DNA from: Eledone cirrhosa
Lineage: Eukaryota
Length of the DNA: 64,000 nt
NCBI GenBank assembly: GCA_964016885.1
Contig: OZ024740.1
Coordinates: forward strand, 235,910,001 to 235,974,000
Direction: 5' to 3'
The translations under genes were made by a program, and so were the position numbers. Positions 28,158 through 40,329 of the stretch are shown here, piece after piece; positions within the stretch are counted from its first letter, which is position 1, and the number at the start of each line of letters is the position of its first letter. The notes beneath the pieces were generated by a model. It had not been told where the DNA came from. It saw only the letters and a program-made list of their open reading frames with translations, and searched no databases.

Positions 28158-28194
<37 letters not shown>

Positions 28195-28498
28195 ACATAT
28201 GCATGTGTACATTAATGAAATGACAACCTCTCTAGTGGTGGTGTCAGGATAAAATGTACTAAGGACATTGTGTAAAGAGCAGGAAGGTATGTAAACAAGA
28301 TGCAGCATCTCCGGTAGTTCCAATTAAGTACTGACATGATGACCCATCCAATCCTTGCTAGTAGGGAAAATGGATATTAAATGATGATGCTGATGATTTT
28401 ATATATATATAAATATATTATTATACAATTATACAAATAGTTCTTCACACAATACCTGTTGCCCCAAGAAGAGTTAAAGGTGATATTGGGATATAGAT

Positions 28499-28642
28499 TA
28501 CTGTATTTCCCGGTGCCGAAGATGCTTCGTCATCAAGGATGCACCCTAATTTTGACAACCAATAATTTGAAAAAACATTAATAAACAACCTTCGGCTTAC
28601 TTTAGGAAAAAAGTAGCTTCCTTGATGCCGGGAAATACAGTA
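28499..28642. mobile_element. Short MITE (related inverted copy at 57893-58064)
   Basis: TIR tactgtatttcccgg / ccgggaaatacagta. Confidence 0.75.
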
Positions 28643-31171
28643 CTTTCCAGTTTACATACAACTGAATTTTGAGTTCTAAACACTATTTTTTATTTATTCT
28701 TGCCAAATCTGTTTTGGTCTACATTGGATATCTTCTACTACAAATTTTCCTTCTTTCTGGAACTAGCAATATAATTGAAAGTTTTATAATTATCTTTTGC
28801 ACATTGGCCAATAAATTGAATGCTTACTTGTTCTTGCATATTAAAAATTAGTCAATCTATTTACTAGATCTTACTCAACATCATCTTGTTTATTCAAAGC
28901 AGATCATTTACATCAACATCATCACTATGCCTCAGACAACAAGCAAACCTATATATATATAGTTACCTGATCTGCTAGAAATAAGTCAAATCACATCCTA
29001 CCAAGGAAAGACATTCCATTATGCAGTCCTATATCCACTATATCAGAATAAAAAAATGTTTCTATACATTCCTAACAACTCTCCTAAAGATGGCCATATG
29101 TAAGACCGAAAATTTGTGAGTAACTAATTTAGATGGTTTTCTTTTCTCTTTCCTACTTACATGCAGAATAGCTAAGAAAAACACAACATAAAATGGTTAA
29201 TGGGTGGGTAGTTGTGAGTTTAACTAAACATGAATTAACAAAAAAATGCTATTTAATGTCAAACTCAGTATTAAATAACATCTGCACACACACTGAGCAG
29301 TCTATAGTATTGTGTTTAAATCTCCTCATTGTTAGATATTTCAATGTATCAAATCTAAAGGATTGATTCCCTGTTAGTCTATTATATATTTTAAGTAACA
29401 ATGGCAGATGTCTATATAGCACTGAAATGTAGAAGTTAAAATCCCACCGAGGTTAACTATACCTTCCATCCTTTCGCAGTCGATAAAAAAAAGTACAAGT
29501 TCAATAATAGGGTCGATTCTTCCTTTATATCTTTTTCTGAAAGAAATTGGCTATGGGCAAGAAATGTCGTATGTCACTGCAGCATTCCTGTGACTCCAAC
29601 AGGAATTACATGTTCATAATTATATACCAGTCACAGTACTGGTACACAATATTTAGTGTGTCAATTGAAGCCAAATTCAATCATCCCACAGAGATGAATT
29701 AATTCTTTAAAGTGTCAATAATGTATCTTAAATTATTTTAAAATTTACCATAATACTTAGCAAGTTAAAGATCTGATCTTACTAGGGACGTGCCAGTTGA
29801 GCATTGCATACAGGCCATAGATGATCAAAACTATTATCCTCACTCACTAGTATAATAAAAGATCATAATAGGTAAACTAATTTTTCTGTCCCCTGCAATG
29901 AAACATTGCAGCAGCTACACCCCCACCGCTAGTTATATCATTTGACACCGGGTGGGTGGCGGATTAAGTGATAAAAATAAGAATCAAAGGGTGAGCAACA
30001 TTCCACCAACAAACATCAAGTGTGTTAATTAAATTATATGTATAAATTTGCTGAATATTCATTAACAGAGTAATTTTCTTAGGAATTCTGTCTTGTAATA
30101 TCATATAATCTGGTGGTTTCAAATTTAATACCACACATTTTGTAATTATTTTTGAGTAATATGTATCCGATAGTAATCCGGTGTATACCCTATGACAATA
30201 ACACCCATGCGCCACTGAAACTTACTTGTAAAATAATCAGTACATATATTTCTCGTCTACTTCAAACACTATAATTCATCGTCACAATTCCCTGAAAAAC
30301 ACGACAAACCTTACAGAGTTATGCCTAACTTTTCGGCCAGGAAAGATCTAGTTACAAAGAGATCCCGGTGAGTGAATAATTTCACCTGTCTCATTGTGTT
30401 TAAATATATCGCTATTGTAGTGAGTAAGTTGGTTACAAAATCAATATAAATATTCATAGTTGATAACAGAAAATACAATGTTTTTGCAGTTTGAAACACG
30501 TGAGTTTGTTTACAAACATCGCACACCCAGCCCCAGCCCCTTCTTGCCTCATTAATCTTCCATTAATATAGTATACTCACTAATGTCAGTGTGAATTACT
30601 ACTTACACATGTCATTAATTGTTTATATATATATTTGTGTTATAAGATGTTGATTATATAAATATATATATGCGATTGAAACATCAGTGAATCTACATTG
30701 TTGCAGTAGTAACAAATGTTCCGTTAGAGAAATGGTCTTTAATTATCCTACCACCAATACCATCACGCTTTCAAAGCAGTGCGCTACCGTATGCCAACCA
30801 CCTCCTCCTCCGCCATCACTGCTCGCCACGTGATCAGTTCAGTTTCTTTCAGGCTTACTTTCACATTATCATAACATGCACACACCCCGGTTGTCTAAGT
30901 TTCATAGCGGGACACAAGTGACCAGAGCGAGAGATAGACAAGGGACAGTATCGCCAACACTGTCATGTATAGAATTAGTGGAAGATAGACAAGTATGAAG
31001 TGAGAGAAATCAGCGCTGATCAGTCTACTAAAGCTTCCGCAATTACTACAGCACCTGCTTGTCAATTTTACACAATAGTATCAAAATTTGAGCAACGACA
31101 GCGCCACACACCAACTGAGAGTCATACATGGTCTAGATGGTGAGAGTGTGATGTATGTGTGTGTGACTTAC

Positions 31172-31243
31172 TCTGTACTTGCAGATCCATCTCCCTCATT
31201 TCGGTCAGGCGGTCTCGCATCTCCATGGGCAAATTCTCAATCA
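31172..31243 (-). CDS. ING3: ING3 exon 2 (VIENLPMEMRDRLTEMREMDLQVQ)
   Basis: Acceptor tttttgcag, donor gtaagt, 72 nt, phase 1 to 1. Confidence 0.95.
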
Positions 31244-31385
31244 CTGCAAAAAGGACGAGAAGCAGATATTAGTCTGTAGAGGTAATATTTTATTGAAACA
31301 AATAAGAGAGATGATGGTGCCCCTCGATCATCAAGGCACTGTAGGACTAGAGCAGGAGTAGGTGTTGGCATGGGCCTGAACCTAC

Positions 31386-31413
31386 CTTCCAGATAATCTT
31401 CCAGGTACAACAT
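31386..31413 (-). CDS. ING3: ING3 coding exon 1 (MLYLEDYLE)
   Basis: ATG at 31413; 28 nt; donor GTAGG; the peptide is the canonical ING3 N-terminus. Confidence 0.95.
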
Positions 31414-31489
31414 TTTGCCCACAACACACAGAACACCTCGTGCACAAAATGTCTTCCGTCTACGCACAGCCAAGCTGTCGATGTAAGAC

Positions 31490-31510
31490 GCTTTCTGATT
31501 GGTCGTTGAT
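31490..31510 (-). promoter_or_regulatory. Probable ING3 proximal promoter with CCAAT box
   Basis: CCAATCAG on the minus strand (plus ctgattgg, 31495-31502), ~85 bp upstream of the ATG, in locally CpG-rich sequence. Confidence 0.4.
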
Positions 31511-32220
31511 TTCCTCTACCATACAAACTAGCGAGTGAATTAATTTGTTACGAGACAAATAGAATAGTTTTCCAACATTTTATACTGTTGTTCATTAGTG
31601 AAAATATAGCAAACATCTAGTAAAATTGTTAGTAATTCAGTAGTTTTATCCATCACGACTACAAAACCTCTAACAAAATAGGGATGAATCCACGAATGGT
31701 TGTCGTCGACACATCACCTCCAGCTGACTTCCAACACAGCCAATATAGATCTGCAGTAAATAATATTTTCTCACAAACATGAAAATCTATTATCAACTTT
31801 CGTTGTTCTTATTCAAATTCGAAATAAATTTGGCGATTTAATTATTTATGGAAATTAAGTTGTGTTTTAAACAGAGTAAATTTATTTATAATATATATAG
31901 TCGCCTAGACATAAATTTTATAATCATTTTAACGTGCCACATTGAATAAGTATATGGCAACATCGTTATTGTATTTATGTATTTACAATTATTATTTTTT
32001 TTAAATTCCAACATTGGCGCAAGGATGGGTGTAGTTGATTAATTAAATCTTTATTATATTGAGACCCCCATTACCACCATCGGGTTGAAAAGCAAAGTAA
32101 ATCCTCCCGCAGAATTTGAACTAAGAATATAAAGGGAAGTAACTAAATACATCAAGGTACTACCGAGTCATTTAAAGCCAATTAGTGGAGAAAACCCACC
32201 AAACTTCTATAAAAAAAAAC

Positions 32221-32803
32221 GAATAGGTTATGTAGCCGGTAAACCCTAAAGGGATGCAATACATATCGCTATAGCGTTTCACCAGCCCCTTCTTTCCTCA
32301 ATCATTCATAATTGTGTGTGTATATAATAATTATTTTGTATAATGGGTCTATTTATGAATATGTTTGACTAGATGTGTTTGTGTAGGTTTACAATTCTGT
32401 TTTCTGTACCTGTTTATGTATTTACGGGTACATGTGTGGGTTTGCACTTGTGTTGTCTGTATCTGTATGTATTTACGTGTAGATGTGTGTGTATGTAACT
32501 AAAGCGTAACGTACGTTACGAATGGACGACGAAATGATTTTAACTTGTTTTTTTTTTCAAAGACAAATCTTTGAAAAAAAAAACAAGTTAAAATCATTTC
32601 GTCGTCCATTCGTAACGTACGTTACGCTTTAGTTACATACACACACATCTACACGTAAATACATACAGATACAGACAACACAAGTGCAAACCCAAATTGT
32701 CTTAACTCGGACCTTAAAAGACCGCAACTGATGGTGTCTGACACTCTTACCGGCTACATAGCCTGGGAGTCTACTTTACCGGGACCGGCTACATAGCCTA
32801 TTC
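32221..32803. mobile_element. TIR-bounded (MITE/foldback-like) element containing the palindrome
   Basis: gaataggttatgtagccggt at 32221 and accggctacatagcctattc ending at 32803 (1 mismatch). Confidence 0.55.
32437..32694. repeat. Perfect palindrome: 127-bp arms with a 4-nt loop
   Basis: 32437-32563 is the reverse complement of 32568-32694; loop CAAA. Confidence 0.95.
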
Positions 32804-33469
32804 CAAAATAAAAATAAATAAAATCCGAATATTTTCTGAAAATAATTTTGCAGTGTTAAAAATTGTATACTTGAATAATTGATAGTTTATGTTGATATAT
32901 ATTCAACATTGTGTAGATTTTTTTTTCTTTTGCTTTGAAGTTTTTAAAATGTATTTATTAACATTCTCCGAAAAATAATAATCTATATATAAATTTCTGC
33001 GATTCCGTCACAACACGTAAAGAGAGAGTAGTTTGACTACCTCATACTACTCCTCTCTCTTTACGTCTGTTGTCTGCGTGAATGTATGTGTGTAAAAGGA
33101 AGGAAGGTGATGGTGAAAAAACTACAGTGTACTAGTGTGTGTGTTTGTGTAAATATATGTGCGTGTTTGTGTGAATGTATGTCTGTGCGTGTATTTTTGT
33201 GTGTCTGTGTTTGCGCGTTTATATACTCATACATATAAATGTATACATATACACAGACGCACACAAAATTGCTAATTTTTTTTTTTTAGAAAGAAAACTA
33301 CAGCTATCAGCGACGTGTGTGTTTGTGTATCTCTAAATCTATGTGTGTGTAGCTTTGTGTGAGTGCATATGTGTGTGTCTTTGTGTTAATGTGTGTCTGT
33401 GTATGTGTTTGTCATTCCACGAATCTTTAATTTTTGTTTGTTTGTTTTGACTTTACTTTAAAAACAACA

Positions 33470-34062
33470 GAAACAGGGTGCTGCTACCACTGTTGTTATG
33501 ACTACCTCATACTACTACTCTCTTCAACAAAAAAACAAGGTGCTGCTACCACTGTTGTTATGATTACCTCATACTACTACTCTTTTCAACAAAAAACAAG
33601 GTGCTGCTACCACTGTCGTTATGACTACTTCATACTACTACTCTCTTCAACAAAAAACAGGGTGCTGCTACCACTGTCGTTATGACTACCTCATACTACT
33701 ACTCTCTTCAACAAAAACAAGGTGCTGCTACCACTGTTGTTATGATTACCTCATACTACTACTCTCTTCACAAAAAAAAAACAGTGTTGCTACCACTGTC
33801 GTTACGATTAACTATAACTACTACTCTCTTCAACAAAAAACAGGGTGCTGCTACCACTGTCGTTATGACTACCTCATACTACTACTCTCTTCAACAAAAA
33901 AACAAGGTGCTGCTACCACTGTTTTTATGACTACCTCACACTACTCCTTTCTTCAACAAAAACAAGGTGCTGCTACCACTGTTGTTATGACTACCTCATA
34001 CTACCCCTTTCTTCAACAAAAACAAGGTGCTGCTACCACTGTTGTTATAACTACCTCATACA
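33470..34062. repeat. Tandem minisatellite, ~60-61-bp unit, ~10 copies
   Basis: Unit aaacagggtgctgctaccactgttgttatgactacctcatactactactctcttcaacaaa. Confidence 0.95.
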
Positions 34063-34889
34063 ACTTCTCTTTTTCTGAGGTTGATTTTTCTATCGTTTCA
34101 TTTTGGTGGTATGGAGCCAACATCTAAACGGGCCCGGGCTGCGGAGCGGAAGAGACGCAGTAGAGCAAAGCAGTCGGAAGCAACCCGTGAAAAAGAACGA
34201 CGTCGTAACCGTGAAAGGAAGGCCGAATTTCACGAACGTCAACAGAATACAATATTCAAGGTCTGTGTTTGTGCATTATATTTATATACTCATACATATA
34301 AATGTATGCATATGCACATACACACACGCACACACATATACACATACGCATCAGCGTATGGAACGACATTTTAGTATCTTATAATTGTTTCTAATTTTGG
34401 CACAAGGCCGGCAATTAATCAGTGCATTACTGGTTGTTTATTTTATCGAACCCGTAAGGATGAAAGGGAAAGCTAACCTTGGCGGGATTTGAACTCAGAA
34501 TATAAAGGGCAATAACTCTATGCTGCAAAGCATGGTGTCTGACGCTCTACCGATAAATGTTCAAACATAACATAGGCAGAATGCCACACATTTGGAAGAA
34601 ATAGAATAGTCATTAACAGTTTATGTCTTAATTATTTTATCGACTTCGGAAAGACGATTTCAGCGAGATTGGAACTTAGAATGTATATATTAATATACAT
34701 TTCTTCTATTGGCACAAGGTTCGCCATTTGCAGGGATTTGAGTCGATTTGATCTGGTATTTTAACTTACATATCCCAGAAGGTCGAAATGGAAAGATGAC
34801 GACCTCGGTGAGATTGGAACTTAGAATGTTAAGACTTGTAAATAAAACGGCAATTCATTTTGTCTCATCTAACTATTCTGCTAATTCGT

Positions 34890-35410
34890 AGCAACTGTCT
34901 GGATTGACCAGAATTGATCGGAAAAGACCTGGCGGTCTTACCATGTGTCCCTGGTAAAGAGGCAGGTGCCTTATTTGGGACGTCATAGTTAGCGACTCTT
35001 GCTTCTTCCCACACGCAGCGGCCAGGGTGAGAGTTACAGCTTCCGCAGCCGCAAGGAACGAAATCCCGAAATACTAAGATCTATCGGTTAACTACCTTTT
35101 CCAGTCTGTGGTGTTCGAGACGTTTGAGGGAGTCTTGCCACTGACTGCGAGGTTCTTCACTGTGGGCTCACCCAATCAATGTAACTTGGTGGTGCTCGTG
35201 AGGGCGCTTGGTTGTTCCAGCGCATCAACCTCGCCATCACCCGAGGTAATGCTGCGAGCGTGCTGGCTTGCCTAAATAATTATAGAGGTAATTTTGTTGT
35301 ATGTGGACCTAGATGTGTGTATTACCTGCTTGTGTGTTTTTTTCTTTCTCTTTTTTAATTATTTGCAATGTTATTTATACAACTCTTCAGTAAATAAAAC
35401 TTTTTTTTTT
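34890..35410 (+). mobile_element. CRE-like non-LTR retrotransposon 3' fragment (restriction-enzyme-like endonuclease)
   Basis: Degenerate RIDxKRPxG..W..G..LIWDV and WLFQRINLAITRGNAASVL motifs; inverted homolog at 36815-37200. Confidence 0.75.
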
Positions 35411-35523
35411 TTGTATATATTATTAAAAAAAACTTTTATCTATGGGGCAGTTGGTGCTATTTCAAGCGTTAAACTAATATATTTCTTCCACGTCCTGTGC
35501 CGTTTTGTTATTTGTTTACGTTT

Positions 35524-35623
<100 letters not shown>

Positions 35624-35713
35624 GAGGTTATATTTAATTTGTTGGGATACAAGCTTAAAAATATTTTTATAACTGATATAAAGCACTCAACAGTAAATAG
35701 GAGTAAATATACA

Positions 35714-35985
35714 ATATATTAACAAATGGAAACTATATTTATAAAACCATATTTATTTTATTATACATATTTCAAGGGCCACCAAGGCAAATTATGGTGC
35801 GCTTTCATCAGATAAAATACAATACAGATTAGTTTTATAAATAAATATTGACATACCCTGAAAAAAAGACAACCTTAACGGTTGGAGCTTCCTGGATAGG
35901 AAGCGCACCATAATTTGCCTTGGTGGCCCTTGAAATATGTATAATAAAATAAATATGGTTTTATAAATATAGTTTCCATTTGTTA

Positions 35986-35991
<6 letters not shown>
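35714..35991. repeat. Inverted repeat: 91-bp arms, 96-bp spacer, between (TA)n tracts
   Basis: 35714-35804 is the reverse complement of 35901-35991. Confidence 0.93.
35754..35819 (-). ncRNA. Type I hammerhead ribozyme motif (Penelope/retrozyme-like)
   Basis: Minus strand reads TATTTTAT-CTGATGA-AAGCGCACCA(loop)TGGTGGCCCTT-GAAA-TATGTAT-A-ATAAAATA: intact core, 8-bp stem I, imperfect stem II, short stem III. Confidence 0.7.
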
Positions 35992-36017
<26 letters not shown>

Positions 36018-36499
36018 AATGACTTTTACAGGACTAGAACTGTTTTATTCATATGAAAACATCAGTATATATATATATATAACAATTTAATTTTATAAAA
36101 ATAACTTAATTAGACAAAAAGGGCAGATAAACACAATTTTTTTTTTTTATTTCCACATCTCTTAAAGAGTTTTCTTTATTTATCTTGTCATTTATCTGGA
36201 ACAAATATAAAAATGATCCAGTAGAATGTGATTTGAGGGATATTCGCTGCTTTTTCTAGCAAGCCGTACGACTGCGTACAGATTCTCTCGTTTGCTCGAA
36301 TAGTTACGAAGTTGAAGGGAGGGTTCATGTTTCAAATCGTAAGCAGTATAAAATGTATTATGGGATGGGTTTGAATAAAGTAAGGCAAGACCTATTCCTG
36401 TGAGAAACATTTGAAATGGTGACATTGATGGCTTTTTCAGACACACTAGCTATATAAATTTTAATGTGATAACAGGAAATCGAAACTTTATTGGAAACA

Positions 36500-38410
36500 T
36501 AGTTAACCGAAAACTAACTGCCGCGGGACTTTGACTTAGGATAAATTTTTCCTAAGAAAACGACAGAAGTTGGTGTCTGGAGGAAAAGACATGGCCACAA
36601 AAAGAGTTGTATAAAAAAAATAATAATATAATGCTTACAGAACGAAAATACAGACAAATATGATATATACAAAGGAAAGCGAAAGGAAAAAAACAACACA
36701 AGCAGGTAATACACACATTTCGGACCACATACAACAAAAGGCAGGTGAAAGGGGTGGACAAACAATCAAAAGATAACAATATCGCGAGGAGCACTGCAAA
36801 ATCTCTGAAATAATGTTTGAGGCAAGCCAGCACGCTCGCGGCTTTACCTCAGGTGATGGCGAGGCTGATGTGCTGGAACAACCAAGCGCCTCAGGAGCAT
36901 CACCAGTTACTTCTGTTAGGCGAGCTGCCAGTGAAGATAAGAATCACGCAGTCAGTAGCCCGACTCCCTCAAACGGCACAGGCTGGTAAATGTAGTTAAC
37001 TGACAGATTTTGGTATTTCAGAATTTTGTTCTATTCGACTATGGAAGCTGTAGTTCTCTCCCTGACTGCAGCATCTAGGATGTGGGAAGAAGCAAAAGAG
37101 TCACTATCTGTGACATCCCAGGTAAGGCACCGGCCTCTTGACCAGAGGCACAGGGTAAGACCGTCAGGTCTTTTCCCATCAATTCTGGACAACCCAGATG
37201 GTTCCAAAATTAAGTGGATGTTTGCTCGGGCCAAAACTCTCTTGAAGATGAGATTTAGTTCTGTGAGACATGTGAAGCGGCTGGCATTCAGGCAGCAAGA
37301 AAGGCCTGTGGAGTCAAGGAGCCTACCACACCGACATTTCAGACCCGTACAGACGTTGGCTGCTACACTGAGGGCAATGGAGACACAAAGCTCGTCCAAG
37401 CTGAGTAGGCCACCAATGTTAGCCACGGGTAGGGCATCAACTCAGTTGCCTGAGTATTTGGCGCGAGCAGACAGTAAACGGCACCTTGAGAACTGATCTG
37501 ACTGGTTGAAGAGAGAGTCAAAGGTGGCCCTTGAATGTATGCTGTCCCAAGCTCTCTGACTCCATCTGCGCTCCACCGTGTCAGGAACAGACAAGCCCGA
37601 CTCACTCCATCATAGAAGAGCTTCATCATCCGACTTCCTGTTGGAACTAGTTCATGTTGGAGAGGAGAGGGTGCAACAAGCATGAGGAAAGGAAGCAAGG
37701 GAGAGAGAGGGATGAACATTTATGAAGACCAAGATGCCCAAATCACTTGGGCAACACAGTCTGATCATGGGAATCTGGAGAGAGTCTGACATTGATCAAG
37801 CTCTCGAGGATTAGGTCATCGAAGCGTTGGAGGCATGACGAAAATTAGTGAGATGGGCTGACCCTGAGCAGATATAGAAGCTTAGGAATCGAAAGGTAGT
37901 TTCTGAGTATGAAAAAACCTAGATGGGGTTCAAATTGCTTCAATATTCTTCAACAATTGCTCAAGGCCAACGATCTTTGGAAGATTGAGCAAAAGCAACG
38001 TTTGTAATTGGGGCTCCTAAGAAGCACCAAGCTGACGGGGGATGGACCACAATGGAAGGGAAGGACTTTGCAAAGAGGTCAATTGTCTGTTGATGTTGAG
38101 AAGCCGAGTGGTTGAGGATCCAGAGCTCACATTTGGAGCTATTGACCTGGAGACAGCCAAGGCTATCCAAACAAGCATCAAGATACCAGATGTTGAGGTC
38201 CACTCAACCCCCACCTTGGTGATATCATTAATGCCCAGTACAAACAAAGCAGGCCTGTTGAACTCCTGAGGCAGATATGATGACTTGGTCCCCAAAAGAG
38301 AAGTAGGAGGTCTCCCGATAAGCCTGCCAAGCAAAGTGGTAGAGTTGTGGGACCTTCTCTCTTACTGAGCTGAGGACAACATCGTGGCTGATGGAGTTGA
38401 AGACTCAAAA
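36500..38410 (-). mobile_element. CRE-like non-LTR retrotransposon, degenerate RT plus zinc knuckle plus REL endonuclease
   Basis: LFVLGIND, IWYLD(D), CRCG, LEPSGLSRIDGKRPDGLTLCLWSRGRCLTWDVT motifs across several frameshifted ORFs. Confidence 0.8.
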
Positions 38411-38996
38411 GGAGTTCCCACTGGATTCAATTTCACGTGTCCAGTACAAAATTTCAGAAGTTTAAAGCTTGATAATAATTTCTGTTGAATAAGTATATGG
38501 ACATTTTTTTGTAGGAATCCAGGGGGAAAAAATACATTTTACTTAAATATCATAAAAAGTAGTAATATATTTAAAACTGAAAACATATCTACAAAGATAT
38601 GAGACAAATACCATTGAAAACACTTAAATTTTGCAAGAATGTAGGAGTTTCAACAAGCCTGAGATAAAAGAAATAATATTATAGCCATAAGAATTTTAAA
38701 CAAATGAATACAATATTAAACATAGCTGATGCAGGGTATAGGAATAAATCTCCATCATATGATGTCCATCTCTATCTGAATTGATATCCAATTCACAAGA
38801 CATACACCAATCAGTAACTATTGTGGTTTTTGTCAAATTTACATTTTTCAGCAATTTCTGCAGTACTCCTAAACTGCTTTCATAAGTGGTTTTTAAGACA
38901 AATCTGTTTGTATTTAAACAGTTTTTTGACATTGCCAGCCATATTCATTGACAGTGAACATATTTTGTCAATTTACAATCAATTTGACATATTTAA

Positions 38997-39203
38997 CCCT
39001 TTAGCATTTAAACCAGCCGTATCCAGCCAGAATTCTCTCACCTCTTTCTGTTCAAACCGGTATAACCAACCACTCATACTGATGTTAAGGTATTGTTCTC
39101 AAAATAAATAATATAAAAATCTCATAGATTCAATATTATGTAAGATAAAGCCTTTACCACAAAAATACAATGCTATATAGAGAGTAATGTAAATGCTAAA
39201 GGA
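38997..39203 (+). mobile_element. piggyBac-type MITE (TTAA target)
   Basis: TTAA|CCCTTTAGCATTTA...TAAATGCTAAAGGA|TTAA. Confidence 0.8.
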
Positions 39204-39260
39204 TTAAAAGTTATTTTGTGAGATAGTGAGTTGCGCATTGGTAAAGAGAGAGTGTAATGA

Positions 39261-39785
39261 TGTAACATTAACGGAAGGGATCAAATGATGTATTCAACCT
39301 CTCTCTCTCTCTCGCTTGCCCCTGGCACCCTTTTTAGGGTATGCTTGTAACAAGTCACTTTGTTCTTAATTGTTTGTGTCCCCCATTCATCCGAAGCACT
39401 CAATTATCTATCACTTACCGTCGACCATAAGCCGGAAATCTTTGTCCTAGATTCTGAATGCAGCATTTCTTTCTCAAGACTCTCCTCAACACTTCTGCTG
39501 CACATCTTCAGCACATGCCGTCCTTCCACCAAACACTAGTCAATGTTAACTGAGTATAACACCTCCCAGCCGGCCGATCACATTCATTCGCACCACTACA
39601 TCACCTTCCACAACATAGCCGATTGCAATCATTTGCACCCATATTCGTGTTCTGTGTACCATCATCTTTACTGATGCCCTACACCCAATATCCCTTCCAT
39701 TAATTGCCCTTATACTCTTCTACTGCTCATTCCACTCCAGTACATAAATAAACTCGTCACTTACACAAAACTCCCTTGCTCTACA
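39261..39785 (+). mobile_element. Possible solo LTR
   Basis: TGTAA...CTACA ends, AATAAA near the 3' end, imperfect flanks atga/atgg. Confidence 0.35.
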
Positions 39786-40329
39786 ATGGTGCAGAAGCTA
39801 GGAGAAATTCCCACAGAGAAGTACCTTGTGTACAATTAGATACTTGCAGAAGTAAACAGACTCAACAATGAAAACTGGCAGTTTAACTGAGAACAGTTCT
39901 AGACTAAGTGAAAGCTAAAGATAGGCAAAACTGAGAGCTAGGTCAAGTAAAGTGAAAATGATATTATATAGCGAGCTGGCCCAAATTAATATTCCAACTT
40001 AAACAAAAATACAAAACTGAACAAGATATTTCTAAACAATTTAATACAATCACACACTTCCATCATAAACAACAACAAAACCCTGAGTCTATCAACTATA
40101 TTCTACAAACAGAAGTTATACGATGATGGATATATGAAAAGATAAAAACAAAATTAAGTAATGGAAAATAAGGGGGAAGGGGTAAAGAAGGGCAGATCTG
40201 GCTGTATAGGAACATAGAGGAAAGGACTATAAATGCCATAAATGAGAGGAAAAGGCGGGAAAGAGCAAAGAATATTAAGCCACAGAAGAAAGAGAGGTGG
40301 AAGGGGAATGGGTGACAAGCGCTATGCCT

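Larger units (their letters stand above)
959..31413 (-). other. ING3: ING3 gene span (coding exons 1-10; final PHD exon lies outside the window)
   Basis: Spliced translation MLYLEDYLEVIENLPMEMRDRLTEMREMDLQVQ...DADEKV...VDRHLRKLDQELSKFKMELEADNAGITEILEKRSLELD...[25 protein letters not shown] matches the ING3 N-terminal coiled coil and PHD start. All introns are GT-AG with compatible phases. Confidence 0.96.

Noticed and set aside
29080-29125. Additional hammerhead-like strings (also ~51670 and ~9260)
   Set aside because: Core nucleotides or stems are broken; not supportable.
33014-33065. Hairpin containing TGAGGTAG on the minus strand as a let-7 precursor
   Set aside because: The seed lies in the loop and the rest does not match mature let-7.
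33434-34127. Repetitive Cys/Tyr/Thr-rich ORFs
   Set aside because: Products of a ~60-61-bp tandem repeat whose frame shifts between units; no splice or homology support.
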